From an uncultured Candidatus Saccharibacteria bacterium (GTDB lineage: Bacteria; Patescibacteriota; Dojkabacteria; B142; OLB20), in the NCBI GenBank assembly GCA_964420145.1, contig CAYQRB010000001.1, forward strand, positions 1 through 60,008: 60,008 nucleotides of DNA, read 5' to 3'. Both the position numbers and the translations under genes were made by a program. Numbering within the stretch: position 1 is the first letter of the stretch; the number at the start of each line of letters is the position of its first letter. The notes under the pieces were generated by a model. That model saw only the letters and a list, made by a program, of their open reading frames with translations. It was not told the origin of the DNA and ran no database searches. This document shows positions 18,163-28,063 of this stretch, piece after piece.

Positions 18163-19482
18163 TTAGGAATAAACACCAAAGTCTTCTGGCAAGTATTCTC
18201 TAAAGTTTTCAGGTGTAATTTCAAATACACTCCCCTGTCCTTCTACCATTTTTTTAGCTATTTTACGAACCAAAGTAGTGATATTTCTCTCTAACTGACG
18301 AATCCCTGCATCAAAACCAAGTGGTCTTATCATTAATGGCCATACTGTCTCGCTAAATTTAATACTACCTGGATTAATCCCTGTAGCAGAGACTACTTTA
18401 GGGAATAAATAATCTTTTGCTATGTGTTCCTTTTCTTCATCAGTGTAGCTAGACATACGCACAACCTCCAAGCGGTCAAGTAAAGCTGCACTTATACCAC
18501 CAAGATTGTTGGCAGTACAAACAAACATAACTTGTGATAAATCCACAGGATAATCAATATAATAGTCACGAAAAGTTGCGTTTTGCTCAGGATCTAAGAT
18601 TTCAAGCAAGGTCGCCATTACATCTGCCCTAACTCCTCCAAAATCACTAACTTTGTCAATTTCATCCATCAATATCAACGGGTTCATAACTTCCGTGCGA
18701 ATTAGTGCTTTAACTACTTGACCTGGTTCAGAATCAATTTCGCTACGAGAAGTACCTCTTAGTTCTGAAACATGAGCAATACCTCCAAGTGAAATCCTAA
18801 CAAATCTTCTACCCATAGCTTGAGCAATAGACTTGGCAATAGAAGTTTTACCAATACCTTGTACTCCCACCAAGCATATTATCGGAGCCCGTGACGAGCT
18901 TCCTTCTAGTTTTACCATTTTGTCAATTTGAGATATTTCTTCTGGTTGTGGTAAATGGCTAGTTTGAACAGGACGAACTGGCTGTACTACACTAATAGGT
19001 TGAACTACCGAAGTCTGCGCTACTTGTTGTGTTTGCTCGAGCTGTAAAGACGGAGGATTTATAGTCGGGACTTGTTTTGTATTATCAGGGATTGGATCTC
19101 TTTTTTGACTTATCTGGTTTCTTTGATCCCTTTGTAAATGTAGTATAGCAATATACTCCAAAATCCTTTCTTTTACCTGATCAAGTCCGAAATGTGTACT
19201 GTCTAACTGGTGTTTGGCATTTGGAAGATCGAGATTATCTTGTGTATACTTTTCCCAAGGAATTTGACAAATCCAGGAAATATATTTAGCTATAGGTTCA
19301 TATTCTCGAGAAAAATAACCATATCTAGCAACTCTTTGTAAACGGGAAACCATTGTTTTGGTCTTCTTTAATAACTCCTCTGGAAGCTCTGAGTTATCAA
19401 GTTGCCGTTCCAGGGCTAAAACCTCCTCAACCTCTTCATTTTCGAGACTTGGTCGTTGTGTAGTATTTTGATTATCATCCAT
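18163..19482 (-). CDS. Lon-like AAA+ ATPase lacking the protease domain
   Basis: Lon-type YISWICQIPWEK...HFGLDQVKERILEYIAI, Walker A GVQGIGKTSIAKSIA, Walker B LILMDEIDKV, TANNLGGISAALLDRLEVV, AGIRQLER. The protein ends ~35 aa later with no Ser-Lys protease domain. Confidence 0.8.
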   Translation of the reverse strand: MDDNQNTTQRPSLENEEVEEVLALERQLDNSELPEELLKKTKTMVSRLQRVARYGYFSREYEPIAKYISWICQIPWEKYTQDNLDLPNAKHQLDSTHFGLDQVKERILEYIAILHLQRDQRNQISQKRDPIPDNTKQVPTINPPSLQLEQTQQVAQTSVVQPISVVQPVRPVQTSHLPQPEEISQIDKMVKLEGSSSRAPIICLVGVQGIGKTSIAKSIAQAMGRRFVRISLGGIAHVSELRGTSRSEIDSEPGQVVKALIRTEVMNPLILMDEIDKVSDFGGVRADVMATLLEILDPEQNATFRDYYIDYPVDLSQVMFVCTANNLGGISAALLDRLEVVRMSSYTDEEKEHIAKDYLFPKVVSATGINPGSIKFSETVWPLMIRPLGFDAGIRQLERNITTLVRKIAKKMVEGQGSVFEITPENFREYLPEDFGVYS

Positions 19483-19535
19483 AGTAGAAACAACTCTAGT
19501 ATAGAGTTATTCTACACGAAACTCAACTTTTGGGA

Positions 19536-20192
19536 TTATTCTCCTGTTTCGGTTTCAGACTTAGTTGATGTTTCAGCAGATTCTGTTTCTCCGCTTACTT
19601 CTCCACCTGTTGCTTCCTCAGGTTCTTCCTCCTCTATAGTCTTTTGTGGCGCTGCTATATAGGCAACAGGAGAATCAGGTGCTAGGTCGTTAGCAAGTAC
19701 AACACCTTCCGGAAGTTTAATATCCCCAGCTGAAATAACATCTCCTACTTCTTTAAGCTCGTCAATATTTACATCTAAAGAAGCGGGTAGATCCCCTGGT
19801 AGACAAGTCACTGCTACTGATGCCATAGGGTGCACTAGTAATCCTAAGTTATTTTTAACTGCAAAAGATTCTCCCGAGAATACAACAGGAATATCTGCAG
19901 TAATATCTTTTTTCATATTAACCTGATAAAGATCAATATGAATAAATTCATCAGTTAAGGTATTTCTTTGTAAGTCTTTAACTAGTACTTTAACTTTATC
20001 GTTGTCCACCTCAAGATCGAACAGTTTGGAATATCCAACATCTTTAAACAATCTACTAAACTCTAAAGGGTCAATCGATATATTGGTCGATTTACGATTT
20101 GGACCATAAAGGACGGCAGGTAATTGATTATCCCGTCTTAATTGTTTGACTTTTTTACCTGTAATTACTCTTTTATTTGCTTTTATTAACAT
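19536..20192 (-). CDS. rplY: 50S ribosomal protein L25/Ctc with acidic C-terminal tail
   Basis: RVITGKKVKQLRRDNQLPAVLYGPN...HIDLYQV pattern of L25/general stress protein Ctc. E/T-rich tail. Confidence 0.9.
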   Translation of the reverse strand: MLIKANKRVITGKKVKQLRRDNQLPAVLYGPNRKSTNISIDPLEFSRLFKDVGYSKLFDLEVDNDKVKVLVKDLQRNTLTDEFIHIDLYQVNMKKDITADIPVVFSGESFAVKNNLGLLVHPMASVAVTCLPGDLPASLDVNIDELKEVGDVISAGDIKLPEGVVLANDLAPDSPVAYIAAPQKTIEEEEPEEATGGEVSGETESAETSTKSETETGE

Positions 20193-20209
20193 TTTTATTA
20201 ATTAAAATT

Positions 20210-20728
20210 TTATTTATGTTTTGGGGTAATAACTACCCTGCGATCATCACCGTCTCCAGCACTTGAAGTCTCTATCCCTTCAGTGTCTTTGAGAGCAATA
20301 TGAATAATTCTTCTTTCAGAAGGCTTCATTGGTGATAATTCTATAGGTTGCTTAGAACTCAATACTTCTTCAACTGCTCTCTTGGCATAAGATACCAGAT
20401 ACTCTTCTCGTTTCTCACGGTAGTTATTGATATCTAAAAGAACACGATATTTAGTTGTCTCTCCCTCTTTAGCAAGTGTTTTTGTCAGAATCAAACCGAT
20501 AATAGTCTGTACTGATTCAAGCATATTACCTCTATAACCTATAAGTTCTCCAAGATTATCTCCCAAAAGAGCCACATTTAGGTATGAGAAACCTACATTA
20601 TCTTTTTCATCTGATATATCCGAAACTTCAATCTCGGCATCCAGCCCAAGCTGAGTAAGGAAATCCAAAATAATATCATGTGTGATTTTTTTCACATCAT
20701 TTATCTTTTCTTTTGGTTGATTAGCCAT
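20210..20728 (-). CDS. jag: Jag-like RNA-binding protein (KH + R3H domains)
   Basis: R3H motif LSPMKPSERRIIHIALKD and a KH-like LESVQTIIGLIL segment. It lies in the classic yidC-jag neighbourhood. Confidence 0.8.
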   Translation of the reverse strand: MANQPKEKINDVKKITHDIILDFLTQLGLDAEIEVSDISDEKDNVGFSYLNVALLGDNLGELIGYRGNMLESVQTIIGLILTKTLAKEGETTKYRVLLDINNYREKREEYLVSYAKRAVEEVLSSKQPIELSPMKPSERRIIHIALKDTEGIETSSAGDGDDRRVVITPKHK

Positions 20729-20779
20729 AATTATAAAATCAAAAATAAGTTAAACATTTATTATCTATCACTTTTACCT

Positions 20780-21967
20780 TCAATCAGCATAGTTATCAAA
20801 ATAACCTTGAATATATACAACAGGAGTCCCTTTATCTCCACTACCACTTATCAAATCACATAAAGAACCAAGCAAATCAGTAAATTGTCTAGGTGTAGTT
20901 CCTTGAGACAACATATTACCTTTCAAATCATCCTCTTTATTTTTAATTTCTTGCTTTATTGCCTTAGTCAGTTCATTCCCTTTCAGATTGGTATATTTAT
21001 TATCTGATAAATATTTAAGTTTTAACTCATTTGGAGTACCCACTAATCCATCAGTAAAAAAAGGACTAACTACCGGATCAGCTAGCTCCCAAATACCTCC
21101 GATCGGGTCTTTATATGCACCATCTCCATAAACCAATACTTCTACTTTTTTCTTTATTAGGTCAAATATCTTCTTTTTAATTCCAAGGATTACTTTTTCA
21201 CCATGTTCAGGGAAAAGTTTGACCTGTTCTTCTGTTGCCTTATTTGATCCCAATAGACCATATCTAGAATTATAGCCACTTCCATTAACACTAACTTTTA
21301 AAATATCATCTATTCCATAAACGATATCTGTTTTATCTTTATAAAATCGTTTTAATTTATCACGGTTATGCACACTGGCAACCAGAACATTTTTTGTATA
21401 ATCTAAAATCACCTTTTGATTATTTGCAAAAATAAACTCTACTTCACAGTTTTCACTTTCAACCAATTCTTGAAAATACTCGATATAATTTACACCCGTA
21501 TATAAATGTTTTTCTTTTCCAAATAACTCTTTGTATTTAACTAAATCTAACACATCAGAATAGGGATTTAGCCTGTTTTTTTCTACTAGATCAGGATTAA
21601 ACAAAGAATTCCCAACCTCATCATTTGGGTAATGCATTTGTAAATATATCTTTTTACTTGCCCTTGCAATGCCTTTTAGAATCAATGAAAAACGATTACG
21701 ACTAACGGGAGTTGGAAATACCACTCCAAGTATACCTCCTGGATATTTGCGTTTCACATCTTCAGCAATTTGATCAACTGTCGCGTAGTTTCCTTCGGCA
21801 ATAGCAACAACAGCCTCCGTTATACCAATAATATCCCTGTTTCTTATTACTAATTGCTTACTTTTATGAGCCTTCATAATTGAATCAACAACAATTTTTA
21901 CTAAATCATCATTTTCTTTAATTACTGGAGTTCTGATTCCCATTGCTACCGTACCAAATACTCGCAT
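20780..21967 (-). CDS. CofE-like (F420-0:gamma-glutamyl ligase family) protein
   Basis: PVIKENDDLVKIVVDSI...IIGITEAVVAIAEGNY resembles the N-terminal CofE-fold signature. The assignment is tentative. Confidence 0.45.
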   Translation of the reverse strand: MRVFGTVAMGIRTPVIKENDDLVKIVVDSIMKAHKSKQLVIRNRDIIGITEAVVAIAEGNYATVDQIAEDVKRKYPGGILGVVFPTPVSRNRFSLILKGIARASKKIYLQMHYPNDEVGNSLFNPDLVEKNRLNPYSDVLDLVKYKELFGKEKHLYTGVNYIEYFQELVESENCEVEFIFANNQKVILDYTKNVLVASVHNRDKLKRFYKDKTDIVYGIDDILKVSVNGSGYNSRYGLLGSNKATEEQVKLFPEHGEKVILGIKKKIFDLIKKKVEVLVYGDGAYKDPIGGIWELADPVVSPFFTDGLVGTPNELKLKYLSDNKYTNLKGNELTKAIKQEIKNKEDDLKGNMLSQGTTPRQFTDLLGSLCDLISGSGDKGTPVVYIQGYFDNYAD

Positions 21968-22029
21968 ACTATTATCCTTTAACTTTGTATATACCTAATT
22001 AATTTCAATTAGATATTTTTAATAAAAAA

Positions 22030-23358
22030 TTAATTACCTTTTTTATCACCTTTTTTATTATTTTTGGTTAGTAGATTTTCTTTATAATTTTTAATCTTTT
22101 CTAAAACTTTTTCCCTATTGGTGATCAGCTCCTGGATTATAACAAAGCTATTCTGTCCAGTCCAGAAAAGGCTAACTCCTGTGGGGAAAAAGGCTCCAAA
22201 AAAACCCAGAGACCACACGACAGTCATCATAGGAAATACATAGGTCATTTGCTTAGATGATTGAGCAAAAACCTCTCCAAAATTCATATCCTCGGGTTTT
22301 TTATTTTTCTCATCCTTTTCTTTTTTCTTCTTTTTGGAAGACTCTTTTACTGATTTATCTTTATCTTCTTTGTCCTTATCCACCATCATCGCGGGGTTCA
22401 TTCGCATTTGTACTTTAGAAGCAAAGATCTGTGTAATCCCAACTAAAAGTGCTATCAGTACATACGGAGCAACCTTTACGGGATCAGAAAACCCAAAATC
22501 TGTTGCCACTTTCGATAAATCTGCTCCCATAAATGTGAAGTTTAAAGGAACACCTTTTGAGATTTCAAGCTGTTCACTTCCAATAATCTCCCCGTTAAGA
22601 GTAACCACACTCTGTTCGTAATTTATAGCAAGGTTAGATGGTGGTCTTATATGTGCAGTTATTTGATCCAAATCTTCTAAAACAATTGGCTTGTCTTTTT
22701 TAAAATCTTTAAATTCCTCAATATAGAGTGAAATACTTGAGTTTTTGGCTTCTGTTTCTATTTGTGTTTTGTCCTCGTTTGAGATCTTTGCTAGCTTATC
22801 TTGAAGCTCCCCAGTAAGTTTATTGTGGTTTTCACTATCCGTAATTGCAAAAATAAATTGTTTTTGTAATCTACTACCATCTGCCACAATCTCATACTCC
22901 AAAACATGAATCCCAGTATCTAAATTAGGGGAGCTGATCGTAATTGAGTCTTCTGGTAATTTCATACTCTCAAAGTATGCCACTTGATTAAAGGCATGAA
23001 CTCCCTGGTCAACCAGATTAATAATCACATGACGAACCTGAACAAGCAAAATCAAAGCTAATATCATATTTAGGCAACCACCCAATTGACCTGGTAGATA
23101 TTTTGCCTGTATTTTTGCCATTTCCTGTGCTTGTTTTTCTTGATTTTTTCGATATTTTTTCTTTATAGCATTAACCTCTTTCTGAAACTCTTTGTTTTTC
23201 TCGGCATTTTTCATTTGTTTACGGGTAAGAGGCCAAGTGATAAGTCTAGACACAACAGCTATCAGTAAGATAGCGATACCTAGATTTCCGACAATACTAT
23301 AAAAATACATCAATAGATTAAATGTCGGTTCGTAAAAGAGTATGCGAAAAATTTCCAT
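22030..23358 (-). CDS. yidC: membrane protein insertase YidC with large extracytoplasmic insertion and Lys-rich tail
   Basis: RLITWPLTRKQMKNAEKNKEFQKEVNAIKKKYRKNQEKQAQEMAKIQAKYLPGQLGGCLNMILALILLVQ is the YidC/Oxa1 core. A ~180-aa insertion follows, and the C-terminal tail is K-rich. Confidence 0.85.
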   Translation of the reverse strand: MEIFRILFYEPTFNLLMYFYSIVGNLGIAILLIAVVSRLITWPLTRKQMKNAEKNKEFQKEVNAIKKKYRKNQEKQAQEMAKIQAKYLPGQLGGCLNMILALILLVQVRHVIINLVDQGVHAFNQVAYFESMKLPEDSITISSPNLDTGIHVLEYEIVADGSRLQKQFIFAITDSENHNKLTGELQDKLAKISNEDKTQIETEAKNSSISLYIEEFKDFKKDKPIVLEDLDQITAHIRPPSNLAINYEQSVVTLNGEIIGSEQLEISKGVPLNFTFMGADLSKVATDFGFSDPVKVAPYVLIALLVGITQIFASKVQMRMNPAMMVDKDKEDKDKSVKESSKKKKKEKDEKNKKPEDMNFGEVFAQSSKQMTYVFPMMTVVWSLGFFGAFFPTGVSLFWTGQNSFVIIQELITNREKVLEKIKNYKENLLTKNNKKGDKKGN

Positions 23359-23369
23359 AATTAAGAAGG

Positions 23370-23732
23370 CTAAGTTAGCTGTGATTCATGTTCGATTGCT
23401 TGTTTTGCAAGTCGAAGAACTTCATCAAAGTTTTTTTGTTGAAGATGAGTATCTATTTTTGTATTTATTTCCTCACGCATTTTTTTCTCATAATCCATCA
23501 TTACAGGGACAATGACTGCACCTAACTCTTCAAATTGATCGTCTAACTTGGGAATAATCCTAAACAGCTCTTCTAAAGAAAGCTCTCCCGAGAGTTTATC
23601 CAAAATCATTTGTGCTATTTCTTTGGCCCTTTCTTGAGTCATATGCCCAGATTCAAGCTTTGCAGTTATCAAGTCGACTATTTTACTTTGAATAGTATTT
23701 TTAATTTCTACTGGGTCTTGTGTATCTGTCAT
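23370..23732 (-). CDS. hypothetical helical protein (120 aa)
   Basis: ORF with coding-like composition, tightly packed upstream of yidC. No motif recognised. Confidence 0.45.
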   Translation of the reverse strand: MTDTQDPVEIKNTIQSKIVDLITAKLESGHMTQERAKEIAQMILDKLSGELSLEELFRIIPKLDDQFEELGAVIVPVMMDYEKKMREEINTKIDTHLQQKNFDEVLRLAKQAIEHESQLT

Positions 23733-23846
23733 AAGAATTTAGTAATCGGGAAATTATAACAGATACTAACTAGTTTATCTAAATGAATCAACCAAGATAT
23801 CAGTTTAGTAGTCTATATTCTTTGGTATTATTTGTTAAGAAAATAA

Positions 23847-24779
23847 TTAAGTTATCTGTTTTTGTAGTTCTCGTCTAATTTGCTCTATAAGTTCTCCACG
23901 ATCAAAATCTGCCTTTAGAGAAAAACCACAAGCACCTTTGTGTCCACCTGCTGTTTTGGGACTAATCTTAAGAGCAATGCGTAACAAATCTAATTCTGAG
24001 TCCTTATCATAAAAATTATTCCTATAAAACCGAATTTTCCTATAATTATCTTTTTCGTGTGGCTTTATAACTACCAACATCCTGGCTTTTGGAAACTGGG
24101 AAGTATAAAGATAACTAGTAATTTTCTCCTCCCTCTTATACCCGCTTATATCAACAAGTACTATATCCCCATCTTCCGTATTATCTCGTATATAGCTTTC
24201 CAGCTCAGTTCTAATTTTCAGATAATTATCTAATCTCTCTTTAACGAAAGGATGATTGCAAGTTTTCTCTATTCCAAATCTTGCAAACATCTCTACAAGA
24301 TAAAGATTAAAGAACTTCTCATGTCTACTAATAACCAACGCAAGTTGGATTAGTGGTGTTGGGTATTTAAACTCTTCTAGGCTTAGTTGCCCTGAGTCAA
24401 ACTTATCGATAATTTGAATATATTCAGTAAACCCGCTCAAATCCACAGTATCTTTAAAGTAATCATAAACCACATGTGTTGCACTACCAAAAGGCTTCCA
24501 CGAACCTATAAACCTGGTACCTGGATTCGGTCTATTACTCTCGTGATGATCAAAATAAAAACCAGCTTTCGGGGAATATCGTAAATCTGCAATTAGTGTT
24601 TCTTTATTTAATAAATGATCAATTTTTCCTTCTTGAATTTCAGAAGCATGACTTTGTAAAATTTCAGCCTGTGGGAACACAAGACGAAGTATCGCCCCAC
24701 ACATAACCCCATCAAAATCGCTATCTATGATTATTCTGGTTACACTATATTGAGAGATGAAATTTTTCCCCTCACTCAT
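23847..24779 (-). CDS. DHH/DHHA1-family phosphoesterase (NrnA/RecJ-like)
   Basis: Motifs DSDFDGVMCGAIL, FDHHESN (DHH) and a C-terminal GGHKGACGF (DHHA1 GGH). Confidence 0.75.
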   Translation of the reverse strand: MSEGKNFISQYSVTRIIIDSDFDGVMCGAILRLVFPQAEILQSHASEIQEGKIDHLLNKETLIADLRYSPKAGFYFDHHESNRPNPGTRFIGSWKPFGSATHVVYDYFKDTVDLSGFTEYIQIIDKFDSGQLSLEEFKYPTPLIQLALVISRHEKFFNLYLVEMFARFGIEKTCNHPFVKERLDNYLKIRTELESYIRDNTEDGDIVLVDISGYKREEKITSYLYTSQFPKARMLVVIKPHEKDNYRKIRFYRNNFYDKDSELDLLRIALKISPKTAGGHKGACGFSLKADFDRGELIEQIRRELQKQIT

Positions 24780-24850
24780 AATCTATACTAATAAACTCTG
24801 TATTATATTCTCGTAAAAAATTATTAGCAACGATATCACCGGAACAAACC

Positions 24851-25618
24851 CTAGTCCTCTTGAGGTAGAAGAATAAGTGGTCTCGCACTTGCCAGTATTT
24901 CTCGTATTTCTGTCTCGAACTCAATAGAGGTCTGTCCTCCCCAAACAATCACATATTGTCGTGTAAACCCCTGATAAAACACTTGCTTAGTCTCACCTAG
25001 TTTTGCACTATACATCTGTGCTTCTATTGCTGAGAACCCTGCAATCTGTGTATCTTTTTGAGAATAAAGAAAATCCCTGTTTGGATCATAGCGACCAGAT
25101 AAAGTGCCCATACTTTTTAGATACTCTTGATAATTTTTCTGCTTTACTGGTGTAAATACAGATTCTTGTGTAAAAGGTATTATTGCTATCATGGTCCCCG
25201 GATAGTTTGCGAAAGAGGTAAAGCCAGATGTCCCCGAAGTACTTAAAATACCACATGTTGAGAGATCTCCTCTGGGAGAAGAAATCCATTCAGAACCTGC
25301 CGAAATCTCAATCTCACAATCAGTTAGTATATATTTTTGTTTCTTGATTACTTCTATAGTTGGAGTAGGAAGACTATTTGTAGGGGTAGCTTGTATTGTT
25401 GGGACTAGTGTGGAGGTAACAACAACAAGAGCTGTTGTAGGTTTAATATCACCAAGTTGCTCTTTTTTTGTAAATATAAAAAAAGAAACCCAAATTATAA
25501 GGACCAATATTAGAAATATCAAAATACCTAATACTATAAAAATTCTTTGTGATTTTAGTTTTTTCGTATTAACTGAATCAGATTGGATACTTGAATTAAC
25601 CAGATTTATTTCCTGCAT
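24851..25618 (-). CDS. hypothetical membrane-anchored extracytoplasmic protein
   Basis: Single TM helix IFIVLGILIFLILVLIIWVSFFIF followed by a T/P-rich linker and a ~170-aa domain. Confidence 0.5.
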   Translation of the reverse strand: MQEINLVNSSIQSDSVNTKKLKSQRIFIVLGILIFLILVLIIWVSFFIFTKKEQLGDIKPTTALVVVTSTLVPTIQATPTNSLPTPTIEVIKKQKYILTDCEIEISAGSEWISSPRGDLSTCGILSTSGTSGFTSFANYPGTMIAIIPFTQESVFTPVKQKNYQEYLKSMGTLSGRYDPNRDFLYSQKDTQIAGFSAIEAQMYSAKLGETKQVFYQGFTRQYVIVWGGQTSIEFETEIREILASARPLILLPQED

Positions 25619-25705
25619 TCTATCAATCTAAAAAAATAATAAATTTGAATCAAAAATTTATTTCATTTACACTATACTAACATTTTAAAATAAGTTCTGC
25701 CCACT

Positions 25706-28063
25706 TTGGATCATTCTGGATTGATTACTGAACAATTACTACACTCTCTGCATAAATATTTACGCCTAGTAAATTATATGGGGGTTGCACAACTATACTT
25801 AAGAGATAATTTCCTATTAAAAGAGCCTCTACAAAAAGAACATATAAAGAAAAGAGTCTTAGGACACTGGGGTACTGTTCCTGGACTAAACTTTGTATAT
25901 GCAAATCTCAACCTCCTAGCAAAACGCCATAACCAAGAAGTTATGTTAGTTGTTGGACCAGGCCATGGATATCCAGCATTACTTGCAAACCTTTATGTCG
26001 AGGGAACTTTCGGAGAATTTTATTCTGAATACGAATACTCTAAGAAGGGCTTCACTAATCTGATTAAAAACTTCAGCTGGCCCGGAGGTTTTCCTAGCCA
26101 CTCTAACCCCGAAACACCTGGTGTTATTCTGGAGGGTGGAGAACTTGGCTATTCCCTATCAACAGCATTCGGAGCTTGTTTTGATAACCCCAACCTTATA
26201 GTAGCTTGTGTTGTCGGAGATGGAGAAGCCGAAACAGGTCCACTTAGCGCTTCCTGGCAAAGTACAAAATTTCTCAATCCACGAGAAGATGGAGTCGTTT
26301 TACCAATTGTACATGTTAATAAATATAAAATTTCGGGACCCACAGTTTTAGGCACAATGTCAGAACAGGAACTATACGATTACTTTAAGGGTCAAGGATA
26401 CTCTCCACTTATTGTTTCAGGAGATTTTCTCTACGAGTCTATGATTGTAGCAACAGAGGAAGCCTACCAACAAATCCAAACAATTAAAAATAATCCAGAT
26501 AATCCAAAACCACAATACCCTGTAATTATACTGATAACAAAAAAGGGCTGGACTGGACCACAATATGTCAAAGGATATATGAACGAAGACTCCTTCAGAT
26601 CTCACGGCGTACCACTAGAACATACACTCGAAGATCAATCCGAATTTATGGAGCTTTATGAGTGGTTGCAAAGCTACAAAGTAACTGAACTATTAGATAA
26701 AAACTACATACCGATTCCAGAAATCCTAGAATTACTTCCTCCTAAAGACCTTCGACTAGGTATGACCAAACATGCCAATGGCGGAGAGATAAGTAAACCA
26801 CTAATACTTCCAAACCTGAATTCGGTCAAAGTAACTGATGATATCTTGCTCTCTAAACACGGAGTAGGCAATATGTTGGTACTCTCTGACTATATGAGGG
26901 ATATTATCTCTCTAAATCGCAAGAATTTTAGAGTAATGTCTCCCGATGAAACAGAATCTAACCGACTTGGTTCGTTATTTGAGGTAACTGATAGGCGGTA
27001 TAACTGGCCCTTCCCTAGTGGCTCAGAACATATTGCTCCAGATGGTCGTGTTATGGAAATACTTAGTGAACACACACTCCTCGGATGGCTAGAAGGCTAT
27101 ATCCTCACTGGAAGACACGGAATATTCATCACTTATGAGGCATTTGGGATGATAGTCGCAAGTATGGTTGACCAATACTCTAAGTTCTTAAAACAATCCA
27201 AAGATGTGTATTGGCGAAAACCTTTGCCTTCGCTAAATATCGTTTTAACCAGTAGTAGCTGGAGACAAGATCATAATGGTTATTCTCATCAAAATCCTGG
27301 ACTTATAAGCTCAGTTCTAAATGACTATTCTCACTTTATTAGAGTACACTTTCCCGTAGATGCAAATATGCTAATCGCTACAGCCGAAGAAGCTTTTTCA
27401 TCGACTAATACTATAAATTTGATAATTGCAGGAAAAAGAGAATTACCTCAATACCTCACAATTCCCGAAGCAAAAAAGCAAATGACTAAAGGTCTTCATA
27501 GTTGGGACTTTGTTGGGAATAACTATGAAAACCCTGATATCATACTTGTAGCAACCGGGGATTATCCAACCAAAGAGGTTGTCGCAACACTACAAATACT
27601 AAAAGAGGACATACCTGAGATCAACACCCGTTTTGTAAGTGTGTCCGAAATAACATGTTTTGGAATTGGTGACCATCCAATACAAAAGAAAATTACTGAT
27701 GAACAATTTATCGATGTTTTTTCAAAAGATTCTCCTATCATTTATGTATATCACGGATACCCTGAAGATATAAAACAACTAATCTTTAATCATCCCGATA
27801 GTCATCGCTTTACCATACATGGCTATCAAGAAAAAGGAACCATAACTAGTCCCTTTGATATGCTTGTTTTAAATAAAATCAGTCGATACCAACTAGGAAT
27901 CGAAACTATAGAAAAAGTATTACAAGCACGACCAGAACTAAAAGAAAAAGGAGAAGAAATAATAAAAAAGTATAATAGTCTATTAGCAAAACATCATGAA
28001 CATATACGAAAATATGGTAGTGATATTCCTGAAGTTACCGACTTTACTTTCAAATTTTACTAA
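25706..28063 (+). CDS. xfp: xylulose-5-phosphate/fructose-6-phosphate phosphoketolase
   Basis: Diagnostic motifs EGGELGYSL, GDGEAETGP, SSWRQDHNGYSHQNPG. Apparent TTG start. Confidence 0.95.
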   Translation: MDHSGLITEQLLHSLHKYLRLVNYMGVAQLYLRDNFLLKEPLQKEHIKKRVLGHWGTVPGLNFVYANLNLLAKRHNQEVMLVVGPGHGYPALLANLYVEGTFGEFYSEYEYSKKGFTNLIKNFSWPGGFPSHSNPETPGVILEGGELGYSLSTAFGACFDNPNLIVACVVGDGEAETGPLSASWQSTKFLNPREDGVVLPIVHVNKYKISGPTVLGTMSEQELYDYFKGQGYSPLIVSGDFLYESMIVATEEAYQQIQTIKNNPDNPKPQYPVIILITKKGWTGPQYVKGYMNEDSFRSHGVPLEHTLEDQSEFMELYEWLQSYKVTELLDKNYIPIPEILELLPPKDLRLGMTKHANGGEISKPLILPNLNSVKVTDDILLSKHGVGNMLVLSDYMRDIISLNRKNFRVMSPDETESNRLGSLFEVTDRRYNWPFPSGSEHIAPDGRVMEILSEHTLLGWLEGYILTGRHGIFITYEAFGMIVASMVDQYSKFLKQSKDVYWRKPLPSLNIVLTSSSWRQDHNGYSHQNPGLISSVLNDYSHFIRVHFPVDANMLIATAEEAFSSTNTINLIIAGKRELPQYLTIPEAKKQMTKGLHSWDFVGNNYENPDIILVATGDYPTKEVVATLQILKEDIPEINTRFVSVSEITCFGIGDHPIQKKITDEQFIDVFSKDSPIIYVYHGYPEDIKQLIFNHPDSHRFTIHGYQEKGTITSPFDMLVLNKISRYQLGIETIEKVLQARPELKEKGEEIIKKYNSLLAKHHEHIRKYGSDIPEVTDFTFKFY

